In this document: positions 8,053-17,278 of the stretch, in pieces
Layout: each line of letters opens with the position of its first letter
Numbering within the stretch: the first letter of the stretch is position 1
Assembly: GCA_004297555.1 (NCBI GenBank)
Contig: SCSV01000081.1
Location: 826-64,825, forward strand
Reading direction: 5' to 3'
DNA from: Salinibacterium sp.
GTDB lineage: Bacteria > Actinomycetota > Actinomycetes > Actinomycetales > Microbacteriaceae
Length of the DNA: 64,000 bases
Position numbers and translations under genes: made by a program
The notes under the pieces: model-generated
What the model saw: only the letters and a program-made list of their open reading frames with translations
Database searches by the model: none
What the model was told of the DNA's origin: nothing

Positions 8053-8685
8053 TTACTGGGCTCGGCAGAGCTCGTTGACGGCCTGCTGGAAGGTCAGCTT
8101 CCGCGCCGGGTTCGCGGCCATGAAGGCCTTCGCGGAGTTGGCGATCTGCGCGGCCTCGTCGGGATCACGCGGGTTGAGGCCAGCGAGCGCTCCGGGTCGG
8201 AGTTCGATGCTCTCGTCGAAGGCTTCCTTCTCGCGTCCGCCCTCGAAGACCTTCGCGGTCGGGATCGTCACGGCGGCATCTGCCAGGAAGGCTTTGAACT
8301 CTTCGGGGGCCTTCGCGGCGAGCTTCTCAGCAGCCTCACGCTGCTTCGAGGTGACCTTCCGGGCAGTCATGGCCTCCGCAACCATCGCCTTCGTGCGGCG
8401 CTCGGTCTCGATCGCGTCGAGCCTCTTCTGGAGCTCGGCGCTGACGATCTTGTCGGTGTTCGTCGCGTGCTCCTCGAGATTTCGCGACAGCTTCGCGATC
8501 TGGTCGTTGAGCGCCTTGACGTCGGCCATGCTGGCCACGGGCGATGGCTCACCCTGCGTGCCGGCACCTGCGGTCGACGCGGACGCCCCCGCCTTCAGAT
8601 GCGTCTGCAGGGCGGTCTCGAACTCTTCCTCGGTCGCACCGCTCGCGAGCCCGAGGAGCTTCAGGGTCTCGGGCGAGACTTTCAT
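8053..8685 (-). CDS. Nested in-frame scaffolding protein (internal start)
   Basis: AAGGAG 5-6 nt before internal ATG (MKVSPETLKLLGL); helical, charged C-terminal region. Confidence 0.55.
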   Translation of the reverse strand: MKVSPETLKLLGLASGATEEEFETALQTHLKAGASASTAGAGTQGEPSPVASMADVKALNDQIAKLSRNLEEHATNTDKIVSAELQKRLDAIETERRTKAMVAEAMTARKVTSKQREAAEKLAAKAPEEFKAFLADAAVTIPTAKVFEGGREKEAFDESIELRPGALAGLNPRDPDEAAQIANSAKAFMAANPARKLTFQQAVNELCRAQ

Positions 8686-9699
8686 GTCGTGCTCCTTCGC
8701 TGATTTCGCCGGTGACGGCGAGGCCTGTGATTCGTGCCCGCGGGCGCGGGCGGTTGAGGTCGACCCGTACTTTTTCTTCATTCCAGGCATGTCGTCGTCA
8801 TCGTCTTCGCAAGGCGTGACGTCGATGCTCAGGTTTGCGGCGGGGATCGTCGGCTCCTCGGCCTCCATCTCGCCCAGGAGCGCCGCGAGAGTCGTCACGC
8901 CATCGACGAAACCCGCACGAACCGCATCGGCCCCGATGTGGATTCGGGCGTCGGCCATGGCCTGCGCCTTGGCCATCGGAATTCCGCGACCGCGGGCGAT
9001 GTCCGCCGTAAAGAGAGCGGCGATGGCGTCGATCTGGCCCTGCACCTCTGCGCGCTGCTCTTCGGTGAGAGGGCCCTCGCGACCCGTCCCCTTGAGAGGG
9101 GTGCTCACGAAGACCTCGTTCTCGATGCCGACGTTCTTCTCGAGACGGCTGTAGTCGACGTACTCACAGACCACGCCGACAAACCCGACCGATGAAGTCG
9201 CATTCGTATAGACCTTGGTGCCTTGCGATCCGATCCAGTAGGCTGCCGAGGCCATCATGTCGCTCGCGAAGACATTCACAGGCTTCACAGAGCGCGCGTC
9301 GAAGATGGCTGCCGCGAGCTCGGAAACGCCCGGGATGCAGCCCCCGGGCGAATCGACCACGAACAGAACACTCTTGACGTTGCTGTCGGCGATAGCGTTC
9401 TGAAGCGCCTCCTGGGTCTGCTCGCAGGCGGCGACACCGCCGAAAAGCCAGCCCCAGAACGAGGTCCGTTTGCAGACCATTCCCTCGAATCGGATGATCG
9501 CGACACCCTTCGGGGTCGTCTCATACCCAACGTCCTCGGGGTCCTCGGGAGGAACACGGCGCTGGAATGCCCCCGCTGGCATGCCAGCGCCCCCGGATGC
9601 CGCGGCGCGCAGGCGTGCCCTTGCCCCCGGCTCCATCAGCATGATCGCGTCCGGCCGCAGGTCCGGCCAGAACTCGAGGTTTTCGGGCGCCTTTTTCAT
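8053..9699 (-). CDS. Prohead protease (S49/SppA family) fused to scaffold
   Basis: VDSPGGCIPG, MMASAAYWIGSQ, SSVGFVGV; ATGA-coupled start at 9699. Confidence 0.88.
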   Translation of the reverse strand: MKKAPENLEFWPDLRPDAIMLMEPGARARLRAAASGGAGMPAGAFQRRVPPEDPEDVGYETTPKGVAIIRFEGMVCKRTSFWGWLFGGVAACEQTQEALQNAIADSNVKSVLFVVDSPGGCIPGVSELAAAIFDARSVKPVNVFASDMMASAAYWIGSQGTKVYTNATSSVGFVGVVCEYVDYSRLEKNVGIENEVFVSTPLKGTGREGPLTEEQRAEVQGQIDAIAALFTADIARGRGIPMAKAQAMADARIHIGADAVRAGFVDGVTTLAALLGEMEAEEPTIPAANLSIDVTPCEDDDDDMPGMKKKYGSTSTARARGHESQASPSPAKSAKEHDMKVSPETLKLLGLASGATEEEFETALQTHLKAGASASTAGAGTQGEPSPVASMADVKALNDQIAKLSRNLEEHATNTDKIVSAELQKRLDAIETERRTKAMVAEAMTARKVTSKQREAAEKLAAKAPEEFKAFLADAAVTIPTAKVFEGGREKEAFDESIELRPGALAGLNPRDPDEAAQIANSAKAFMAANPARKLTFQQAVNELCRAQ

Positions 9700-11132
9700 T
9701 GGAATACCTCTCGCGGAAGGTCGGCTCCCGCTGGGGGCGGCTGCTTCTGAACTGGGGCTCCAGGAACCGGCGCGGCCCCCGGCGGCGGGCCGGCGTCGAT
9801 GCACGGCTCGTTCTTCTCCGGGACGCTCAGGCCGGTGATCTTGTAGAAGTCGGCCTTGGTGACCGGCGCAACGCTGCGCAGGTTCAAGAAGGCCTGCGAG
9901 AGCGCCTGCAGGTCCTGCCGCTCGTAGATCGACATCTCGAACTCAGGCGTGAACTTGTCGGCCCATTCAGGCCCGAAGCGACGAGCTACAGCATGACGAG
10001 CCCACTGCTCGCGTAGCGCGCCGGCGAACTCTTGCATGAAGGCCTCGGCGGTGCGCAGGACGTTGACGTCGCCCACGCCGGCCGAGCTCTGGCTACCGGT
10101 GTCTGACTGGACCTCGCTGGTCTGCCCGTGACCGTGGATCAGCTTCGAGATTTCCCTGCCGGTACTCTCGAAGAGCTTCTGCGCTGGGCTCTCGGCACCC
10201 GCCTTCGTGCTCGACGTATCGAGCACGTTCAGCTTCGTCCCCTCGAGAAAGACTCCGGCGCCATCTGGGCCGAGGCGCTGCATACCCTTCTGCAGGTTAC
10301 GACGGCTTTCCTCGCCGGCGGCTCCATCCTCGCGCGGAACGGTGGCCCACAGAATTGGGATCGTGAACTTCTCGGCGAGACGAGCCCACCAACGCACCGC
10401 GGAATCGCGCAGAATCCATAGCGGTAGAAGCGCCGCCGTGATCCCGCGGAGCGAGGGGTCCGGGATGTCGGCATCGAGCTCGACAAGCATCACGCTGCTA
10501 CCGAGACTCTCAACCGTCGGGGCCTCAACGATCGGCTGAGTCACCTTGTAGCGCAGGACCATCTGGCCGCCGCGATTCCAGTCCCACCCAAAACGCTGGC
10601 CTGGTATCGGGGTTAGGCTCTCGAGACGCTCCTCATCGCCTGCCGGGCGCGTCGGATCGACCGAAGAGATGACTTCGATGCCGCCCATGCCGTGCAGTAG
10701 AACCGCGCGCGCCCACTTGTAGAGGACCGAGCGCAGCTTCACGCTGGGCGCCGCGAGCTGGTCCTCGACCCATGACCGCACCTGCGCAGCGGCATCCGTG
10801 TCGGGCCCCTTGATGACACCCCACCCGCGGTACTGCTTCGGCTCTTGGATTGAGATCCGAGCCGTCGAGACAAGACCAGCCGCCTTTTTGACGTCGGCCC
10901 GAATCTGAGAGTCCCGCATCGACTCGTTCGCGAGCGCGAACCAGCGCGAGGGATCCCCGAACTGGACCATTGCCCTGGCCTGCTGCAGGACCTTGGCGGT
11001 GGGCCGGTGGAAAACGCTAAAGACGAACTGATCCGCCTGACCCGTCATCCAGACGCTCGTCACGGGACGACGCAGGAAAGAGATGACGCTCGAGGCGGCT
11101 TTGGCGAGACCGGAAAATTGCATCACATGCAC
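9696..11132 (-). CDS. Portal protein, Mu gp29/DUF935-like
   Basis: Follows TerL; WARLAEKFTIP...REISKLIHGHGQTS...FGPEWADKFTPEF resemble DUF935 motifs. Confidence 0.8.
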   Translation of the reverse strand: MHVMQFSGLAKAASSVISFLRRPVTSVWMTGQADQFVFSVFHRPTAKVLQQARAMVQFGDPSRWFALANESMRDSQIRADVKKAAGLVSTARISIQEPKQYRGWGVIKGPDTDAAAQVRSWVEDQLAAPSVKLRSVLYKWARAVLLHGMGGIEVISSVDPTRPAGDEERLESLTPIPGQRFGWDWNRGGQMVLRYKVTQPIVEAPTVESLGSSVMLVELDADIPDPSLRGITAALLPLWILRDSAVRWWARLAEKFTIPILWATVPREDGAAGEESRRNLQKGMQRLGPDGAGVFLEGTKLNVLDTSSTKAGAESPAQKLFESTGREISKLIHGHGQTSEVQSDTGSQSSAGVGDVNVLRTAEAFMQEFAGALREQWARHAVARRFGPEWADKFTPEFEMSIYERQDLQALSQAFLNLRSVAPVTKADFYKITGLSVPEKNEPCIDAGPPPGAAPVPGAPVQKQPPPAGADLPREVFQ

Positions 11133-12634
11133 GCTTCTTCGTATGACGGGTTGGCGTATCCATCGTCGTACGGCGATTCGTTGTCGTAGGCAAACGAGTC
11201 CGGGGTGCTGTAATCGACCCCGAAGACGCGGAACGATTTGTAGCTCGGAGAGGCGTCGACATCAAGATACATGGCCGCGTAGCGCATCGCGTCCATGCCG
11301 TGGTTGTTGAAGTCGACTGGAGCTTCTTTTTTAGACCTGCCGTACGGGTCCTTGCTCCACGAGTACGACTCAAACTCCTGGACGGTGCTGATCGGCTTGC
11401 GCTTCCGATCCAGCTCTTCGTCCCGCTCGTGGAGTGCGTCATCTACGAAGAAGATTCGAGGCCTACCGTCGGCCTGGATCCGCAAGCGCTCCTGAATCCT
11501 CTGAATGCCCGGCGAGATGTCCTTGATTGCTTTGCGCGACACGAAGCCGGAGTCTTCGAGAGTTTTTCGGTCCTCCGCATCGTGGTCAACGACCGTCGCC
11601 TCGAGACCGGCCCCGCCCGGGAGCTGGCGCATGATCTCTTTCATGACCTGGGCGTGGTCGTGAACCGTGACTCCGGTCCGGTAAATCTCGTGGATCAGGT
11701 ACATCCGCCCGTCGTTGTCGACAGCCCAAAGCTGCCAGACGAAAGCGTTCGTAAACCCGAAGTCGATAGAGGCGATGTAGCGCCGGCACTCGGGTACCTC
11801 ATGCCGCTTGATGATGTGCACCTTCCGAATGAACCCCTCATAGACGATCCCCTCGGCCTTGACCCAGCGGCCGAAGAAGTACCGTTCCTTGCGAACGCCC
11901 GTGAGGGCCTGGAGCGGCGCCATGCGCTGTTCGTACTTCGCCGTGGGCTTCCCGTCGTCATCGAAAAGCTCAGGGTTGTCCTCATGCCTCGACTCGAGGA
12001 GCATCAGCGGGCCAGCAGGGGACTGCTCGGTGGCGGGTCGTCCGCGGCTGAGAAGCCAATGGAGCGGGTGCGTCGGGTTGGCGTCGCCCCAGATCATGGG
12101 CCACTCCGTGACAGCGCCACGACCCGTCGTGCGCGACTGCAGAGTCTCCCAGTCCTCTTCCTCGAGCTCCTCGGCCTGGCAGACGTAAACGCCGTCCGGC
12201 TCGCCGGAGAGGAAACGTGACGGGCGATCGAGACCTGCAATCCAGACCTTCGCGCCGTTGTCATAGACGTAGCAGTATGGGTTGGTACCGCCGATCGGCC
12301 TGACGCCACTCCCACGCTGGATGATGGTGTCCCAGCGCTTCATGATCGTCGTCTTGAAGTCGGCCTGGGTCTTCCGGACGATGCCGTATTGCCCGTTAGG
12401 GTGAGTCCTGGCCTCGTGATCGAGACGCTGCATGCACCCGTAGGATTTTCCGGTATCGGCCGGCCCCCAAAGTACGATCTCGTGGTGCTTCAGGGTCTGC
12501 ATCGCGAGGGCGGCTCCGCGGAACTTCGGAGCAGTGACGATTGCCCTCTCCGCTGCCTTCTTTTTGCGCAAAACCAGCATTGCCGCCGCGTACGGAGCGA
12601 TTTCGGCGATGGCTTTGTCTGGAGCGATGCTCAT
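11123..12634 (-). CDS. terL: Terminase large subunit
   Basis: Walker A GPADTGKS, QAEEL, DANPTHPLHW, nuclease SIDFGF and NHGMDAMRY. Confidence 0.93.
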   Translation of the reverse strand: MSIAPDKAIAEIAPYAAAMLVLRKKKAAERAIVTAPKFRGAALAMQTLKHHEIVLWGPADTGKSYGCMQRLDHEARTHPNGQYGIVRKTQADFKTTIMKRWDTIIQRGSGVRPIGGTNPYCYVYDNGAKVWIAGLDRPSRFLSGEPDGVYVCQAEELEEEDWETLQSRTTGRGAVTEWPMIWGDANPTHPLHWLLSRGRPATEQSPAGPLMLLESRHEDNPELFDDDGKPTAKYEQRMAPLQALTGVRKERYFFGRWVKAEGIVYEGFIRKVHIIKRHEVPECRRYIASIDFGFTNAFVWQLWAVDNDGRMYLIHEIYRTGVTVHDHAQVMKEIMRQLPGGAGLEATVVDHDAEDRKTLEDSGFVSRKAIKDISPGIQRIQERLRIQADGRPRIFFVDDALHERDEELDRKRKPISTVQEFESYSWSKDPYGRSKKEAPVDFNNHGMDAMRYAAMYLDVDASPSYKSFRVFGVDYSTPDSFAYDNESPYDDGYANPSYEEACM

Positions 12635-13440
12635 TTGACCTCTGGCTGGGGCGGAGAGCTCGCGGCCTGGGTGGCTTTCAGCGCCGCCAGCTTTTTCGTG
12701 AGCGCCTCCACCTCGGCCGCAATCTCCTCGGGCGTAAATTCGCTCGCGACCACCTCGGCATCGATCGGAGGATCCCCTTTCGGCAGAAAACGCATCTTTT
12801 TCGGGTCCGCCATCTCACGGGACTGCTGCACGATCTCCTCGACGCTCACCCCGGAGATCGCGGCGAGGCCCTTGAGCATGTCCCCGAGAGGAAGCCTCTC
12901 CTCGTACCGTTCACGGTATTTGGCGGGGGCCGCAGCCTTCAGCGCGACACCGAGCAGGTAGTCAGACTTCTTCCTGATTGAGCCGATCTGGCCCGATCCG
13001 GCCTTGATTGTCACGATTCTGCCCTGCGCGTCGCGCTCCAGCTTGCCGTCGTCGTCCAAGAACGTCTTGTCAGGAAGCTGGCCAAATACAGGCTCTTCCC
13101 ATCCGTTCACGGCGCGGTCGAAGAGCTCGTGCTCAAGAAGAACCAGGGTGACATCCAGCGCCTCCTGGAGGGCAGCGTTGAACGTCGGATCGAGCTTTTT
13201 TAGCCGGTGGACCGCGCCAGACGTGATGTTCAGCGTCTTGCAGGCCGCACCGATCGAGCCCTCTTTCGTGATTTGACGCAGAACCGGTCGGGCCCAACGC
13301 GGCCAAGGCTTCCCTGGGTTCTGCTTGGTGGTCCAGGGATCGTCAGGGTAGTCCTCGCGCGGGGCTTTCAAGGCCAGCCGAGGCGCTGCCGCCGACTGGG
13401 TCTCGATGATCGCGTCGAAATCGGGCTCGGTAGAGCTCAA
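12631..13440 (-). CDS. terS: Terminase small subunit
   Basis: HTH (GSIGAACKTLNITSGAVHRLKKLDPTF), ELFDRAVNGWEEPVF, RKKSDYLL; overlaps terL start. Confidence 0.8.
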   Translation of the reverse strand: MSSTEPDFDAIIETQSAAAPRLALKAPREDYPDDPWTTKQNPGKPWPRWARPVLRQITKEGSIGAACKTLNITSGAVHRLKKLDPTFNAALQEALDVTLVLLEHELFDRAVNGWEEPVFGQLPDKTFLDDDGKLERDAQGRIVTIKAGSGQIGSIRKKSDYLLGVALKAAAPAKYRERYEERLPLGDMLKGLAAISGVSVEEIVQQSREMADPKKMRFLPKGDPPIDAEVVASEFTPEEIAAEVEALTKKLAALKATQAASSPPQPEVK

Positions 13441-13724
13441 GCGGGCGGAGCCGCCTTGATTTTCGGTTCGGCAGCTACGGCCGTCTCAGGAACCGCGTTT
13501 CCGGTGGCGTCACGCGCCACGGGCGCCTCTGAAAGATGCGCTCCGAGCTGCTTTTCCGTGACCACCTGACCCTTTTTGAACTGAAAAATAGCGTATTTGG
13601 AGCCGATTTTCTGCTTTCCGTTGCTGTCGAGGATGGGTTTACCCGCCGCGTCCTCGAGAGGCAGTTTTCGACTCCCCTGGACCATAAAGTCATCCAGGAG
13701 CCTATATTGCGCCTCTGATGCCAT
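13437..13724 (-). CDS. Hypothetical protein, first gene of the late operon
   Basis: AGGAGG RBS; coupled to terS. Confidence 0.6.
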   Translation of the reverse strand: MASEAQYRLLDDFMVQGSRKLPLEDAAGKPILDSNGKQKIGSKYAIFQFKKGQVVTEKQLGAHLSEAPVARDATGNAVPETAVAAEPKIKAAPPA

Positions 13725-13746
13725 GATGATGGCCTCCTGAGGAGCA

Positions 13747-13776
13747 AGCCTATAGACGAAATCAATTTGATGTCAA
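13747..13776 (-). promoter_or_regulatory. Sigma70-type promoter for the packaging/head operon
   Basis: TTGACA (13771-13776), 18 bp, TAGGCT (13747-13752); followed by an SD. Confidence 0.55.
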
Positions 13777-13835
13777 GAGAAAAAAGTGGGGCGCCACACG
13801 GCACCCCTTATGGAGGAAGCGAATGATCGGTCTGG

Positions 13836-14087
13836 TCAGAACGTGGGGCGTCTCTGCTCGGATGTCAAGGTCTTTGTCGCCGGAAAAACACGTCCGGCGG
13901 CGTCAGAGAGCAGAATTCCGCGAAAGACCATGTCTACGACGCGCTGCAGGACGAACTTGCGCGTAAAACTGGTCCTCCGGAACACTTGATGCGCTAGCTG
14001 GCGGGCGCGAAGCCCAGGATGGGCCAAGCTTTGACCCAAAATCAGGGTTTCGAGGTTACGACGAGGCGCTACCGGCTTGAGGGTCAT
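13836..14087 (-). CDS. Small winged-helix-like DNA-binding protein
   Basis: LAHPGLRARQLAHQV...VLQRVVDMVFRGILLSDAAGRVFP pattern; start uncertain. Confidence 0.4.
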   Translation of the reverse strand: MTLKPVAPRRNLETLILGQSLAHPGLRARQLAHQVFRRTSFTRKFVLQRVVDMVFRGILLSDAAGRVFPATKTLTSEQRRPTF

Positions 14088-14298
14088 TCTGAACCTTTCT
14101 CGGCGTTCGAAGAACGGCCTTCGCCAGGGCCACGGCGGGATGACCCGCCAGGCACCCGGGGAAATGGTGCTCGCCACGATACCCCGGAGGACACAGGCAG
14201 GTGGTGCAGGCGATCTCGGTCAGCGTTCGAAGAAAAAGGATGTGTTCGGCGAGCACCGCGTCGATCTCGGCATAGTCCGGAGGATGCCCGTCCATCAA
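14056..14298 (-). CDS. Hypothetical Cys/His-rich protein
   Basis: CTTCLC...HHFPGC; coupled upstream. Confidence 0.45.
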   Translation of the reverse strand: MMDGHPPDYAEIDAVLAEHILFLRTLTEIACTTCLCPPGYRGEHHFPGCLAGHPAVALAKAVLRTPRKVQNDPQAGSASS

Positions 14299-14846
14299 TC
14301 CTGCCCCTGGCCGTCCAATCGATTCTCGCGATCGATCCAGGCGTTGAACCTAGAGAAATGACGACCGACGAGGTACCACCAGATCCTGCGAGCCAGCGGC
14401 TGCTGGCGGGGCATCAAGCGCTCGAGCGCCTCCAGCTCGGAGGCGGAGAGGTAGAGGGAGGTCTCCTCGGATCTTGCGGCTTGGGGCGATTTGTACTCTA
14501 CGTACTTTTTGATCGCAGCGAGAGCCAGGTCGTCGAAGATCACGAGCTCCACAAAGTGCCCGTGCGTCTGGCGCTGACGCTCGCAACCGAACTGATCGAT
14601 GCAAGGCACCTCGAGCCTGAGACTCCTGACGCTGCCGTGCGAGCTGGCCTGCGGTTCTGGGGGCGCCGCTGGCCAGGCCTGGCGCCGCTCGACCTCCTCG
14701 GCCCACTCCTGCCTAGCCAACGAAAGCATCTCGTAGATCGCTAGGTCGATGGCAGGATCCGGAGGCAGATCGATCGCCGGCGTTTTCCACCTCAGAAGGC
14801 TGGACCGGAGGATGTGACGATACCTACGGATCGATTCTTCGTTCAT
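14295..14846 (-). CDS. Hypothetical protein
   Basis: ATGA-coupled start MNEES. Confidence 0.55.
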   Translation of the reverse strand: MNEESIRRYRHILRSSLLRWKTPAIDLPPDPAIDLAIYEMLSLARQEWAEEVERRQAWPAAPPEPQASSHGSVRSLRLEVPCIDQFGCERQRQTHGHFVELVIFDDLALAAIKKYVEYKSPQAARSEETSLYLSASELEALERLMPRQQPLARRIWWYLVGRHFSRFNAWIDRENRLDGQGQD

Positions 14847-15163
14847 TTCGGCACCAGCTCGAAGCGGTAAGTTGTCCTGGCGTGATGAGGAGATCGGTAA
14901 GTCGAGAACCTCACCTCGAAGTCGGGTCTGAGAGCCAGCGCCTGGTCCGACACGTTGAACTCGAAGAAGCGCTCGCCGTCGGCACAATGGCGCACGAGCT
15001 CCTCGATAATCTGGCTCTTCCAGGCGTCGCGCCTTTCCGCGTTCTGGATCGTTTGAACCAATATTTTCAATGGTTCTGTTCCGGCTGGGCCGGCAAGGCG
15101 GCTCAACGACGTCAGGGCCTCCAGCGCGTCGGCAGCGCTCGCCACATACCCGTTCATCTCCAC
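14843..15163 (-). CDS. Hypothetical protein
   Basis: GGAGG RBS; coupled ORF. Confidence 0.55.
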   Translation of the reverse strand: MEMNGYVASAADALEALTSLSRLAGPAGTEPLKILVQTIQNAERRDAWKSQIIEELVRHCADGERFFEFNVSDQALALRPDFEVRFSTYRSPHHARTTYRFELVPK

Positions 15164-15924
15164 GTCAACACCACCTCCGTCGTCTTGTCGGGGTAGACGG
15201 CCACCTCGTCGGCAACGACACCGCCCTGAGTCTGCTTAATCGGTACACGCAACGCGTAGCCGATCGTCGCGCTCCATGTCACCTCGGTCCGGACGTAGTA
15301 CCGTCCTGGCGTGATTCGCTCGAACCTGAAGCGCCCGTCCGCGTCGGCGACTGTCGTGCGGCGCGCGGCCATGAAGGCGTCGGGCGCGGGCGCCGGATGG
15401 CAGTGGTAGTCGCGCGCGCAGGTGTCCCACCACGGTTTGGACAGCCGGGTCACAGGGTCGAGGGTCACCTCGCGACCCGCCGCCGGCTTCACTGCGCCGG
15501 CGCGCGTGCGCAGGAAGGCCTGGCCTGTGAGCTCGCCGGTGGAGCCCATGGAGAAGGCCGCAGATGGAGGCAGGATGTCATGGGCGGGCACAGCAGGCCA
15601 GGCCCAGGGAGACCTCGAGGAGGAGCAGGCCGTGGCCAGAAGCAGAACAGGGAGCAGCGCCATCACCAGAGATTTTCGTCCATAGGCCTTGAGCGCTTCC
15701 AGGAAAAGCGTCGGATCAACCAATTGGGCCTCTCGCCATCCCAGTGTTCCCCGTTGCTCGATTTTGAGTCCCTCTTTCGCGAACGGCTTGAGCGCACGAC
15801 GTAGCCTGGCCACGCGCGCCTTTTGGCGCCGAAGGTCGCTGTCGCACATCAGTGTGTGGGTCTCGAGCTTCCTGATCTTCCTGGCGGCCCTGGCCGCCTC
15901 ACCGTGACGATCGGTCGCGCTCAT
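15154..15924 (-). CDS. Lipoprotein-like protein (carboxypeptidase-regulatory-like beta domain) with basic N-terminal extension
   Basis: Internal LLLATA-C lipobox; ELTGQAFLRTRAG...TTVADADGRFRFERITPGRYYV. Confidence 0.6.
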   Translation of the reverse strand: MSATDRHGEAARAARKIRKLETHTLMCDSDLRRQKARVARLRRALKPFAKEGLKIEQRGTLGWREAQLVDPTLFLEALKAYGRKSLVMALLPVLLLATACSSSRSPWAWPAVPAHDILPPSAAFSMGSTGELTGQAFLRTRAGAVKPAAGREVTLDPVTRLSKPWWDTCARDYHCHPAPAPDAFMAARRTTVADADGRFRFERITPGRYYVRTEVTWSATIGYALRVPIKQTQGGVVADEVAVYPDKTTEVVLTWR

Positions 15925-16238
15925 GTCCCCGCCCCCAGGTAGCTGGCGTTGAACTCGTCGGGAGTCGCCTTCGTGAAGGTCCCGTCGGAGCGTTTGATCA
16001 GAAACTCGCCGTGCTGGATGACAAGCGAGACGCACCTCGGATTGAACGTCCCGGAGTTCTCGATGACACCGCCGCGGAGGGCGAGACGCAGGAAATACGG
16101 CCCCTCTCCGCAGTCGTCGGTGCGGACCGAGACGCTCTCTGTTTGGAACTCGGGCTGCCGGTCGCCCATGAGCTCCTCGAGCGCACCCCAGTTGCGCCAG
16201 TTGACTTGAACGGCGTCGACCCTCTCGTAATACCTCAT
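15921..16238 (-). CDS. Conserved phage protein (PGDYG-like)
   Basis: GEFLIKRSDGTFTKATPDEFNASY; GGAGG RBS. Confidence 0.6.
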   Translation of the reverse strand: MRYYERVDAVQVNWRNWGALEELMGDRQPEFQTESVSVRTDDCGEGPYFLRLALRGGVIENSGTFNPRCVSLVIQHGEFLIKRSDGTFTKATPDEFNASYLGAGT

Positions 16239-16243
16239 GAAAA

Positions 16244-16651
16244 CTAAGCCTCCTTTTTTACTGTCAAGCAGCGCGCACAGGTCACGCCGCGGTAGTCGAT
16301 GGTGAAGTTGGTGTACGGTGCCGGGAGGCGGATGCCGCAGCCGGTGTAGGGCGAGGACGTCGGGGTAGTCGGCCCCACCCAGAGGTGCAGGATCCGAAGC
16401 TGGCCGCTGTCGACGCGCTGGCGGTCGCGGCCATCGGCGAGGATCGACGCGTCGGGGAGGGCCTTTCCGATGGCCTCGGTCAATAGGGAGAGGTCGGTCG
16501 GGCACGTGGACTGAGTGGGCCGTATCAGCACCTGACCGGCGCGACGCGCCGTCTCGAACGAGGAGGACGGTACCCTGAGGAAACGGGCGATCATTGACCG
16601 GTCCTCGCTGGCGTGCGGTGAAGTCTCGCCGAAGTTGTAGTCTTTATTCAT
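16244..16651 (-). CDS. Hypothetical protein with C-terminal Zn finger
   Basis: H...C...VTCARC. Confidence 0.5.
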   Translation of the reverse strand: MNKDYNFGETSPHASEDRSMIARFLRVPSSSFETARRAGQVLIRPTQSTCPTDLSLLTEAIGKALPDASILADGRDRQRVDSGQLRILHLWVGPTTPTSSPYTGCGIRLPAPYTNFTIDYRGVTCARCLTVKKEA

Positions 16652-16944
16652 GGAAGTTTGACGCCCTTCAGTCTCTGGACAAAAAACAATGAATTGACGT
16701 CGCCACGGATGGCCGAGCAAAGCCTGGCCGTCGTGACGCCGAGAATACGAGCGGCTCGTCCATGCCAGCCACCGGGCACGCGATTATCGACAGCACTAAC
16801 GAGCAGCTCAAGCCTTATGCCGGCTGTGATGCGTTCGGCCATGAGTTTAGTCACGTAACCCCCGAATCGACAGTATTCGCAATACTTGACTACCGGGGGA
16901 CACGCGTAACAACGCGGGCACTGGACCTTAGCCGGCATTTTCAT
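16648..16944 (-). CDS. Zn-ribbon plus HTH-like protein
   Basis: CPRC...CEYC; RAARILGVTTARL. Confidence 0.5.
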   Translation of the reverse strand: MKMPAKVQCPRCYACPPVVKYCEYCRFGGYVTKLMAERITAGIRLELLVSAVDNRVPGGWHGRAARILGVTTARLCSAIRGDVNSLFFVQRLKGVKLP

Positions 16945-17278
16945 GTGCCTTCTTTCTTGCCATCGCGAGCTCGCCCTCGCGGGCCACCTCGGCCCAGTCC
17001 TGCGCTGCGCTTCGCATCGCAATGGCCAGCTTGAGCGTGATTACATCAGCCGCATCATGGATACAGGCGGTGGTCTCGAGGCCCTTGGCGCGGGCACGTT
17101 TGGCATATAGACGTTCGTTACGAGCCTTCGCCATGAGCTCCTCGGCTGCCGAGCCACAGGCGACTGCCGATTCGCGTGCTTCACGGTAATGCGCCTGGGC
17201 GTCCGCCGAGGTTCGGCCGCCGTCGATGGGTTTGGGTTTAGCTTTCACTTTCACTTTCACTTTCACTTTCACTTGCAC
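16928..17278 (-). CDS. Hypothetical protein with (VK)5 N-terminus
   Basis: ORF track; starts at the microsatellite. Confidence 0.45.
   Translation of the reverse strand: MQVKVKVKVKVKAKPKPIDGGRTSADAQAHYREARESAVACGSAAEELMAKARNERLYAKRARAKGLETTACIHDAADVITLKLAIAMRSAAQDWAEVAREGELAMARKKAHENAG

Noticed and set aside
8053-9804. Longest-ORF starts for several genes (9804, 5440, 35997, 46853, 56581, 16035)
   Set aside because: Shorter starts have RBSs or stop-start coupling; the upstream extensions overlap neighbouring genes and are low-complexity.
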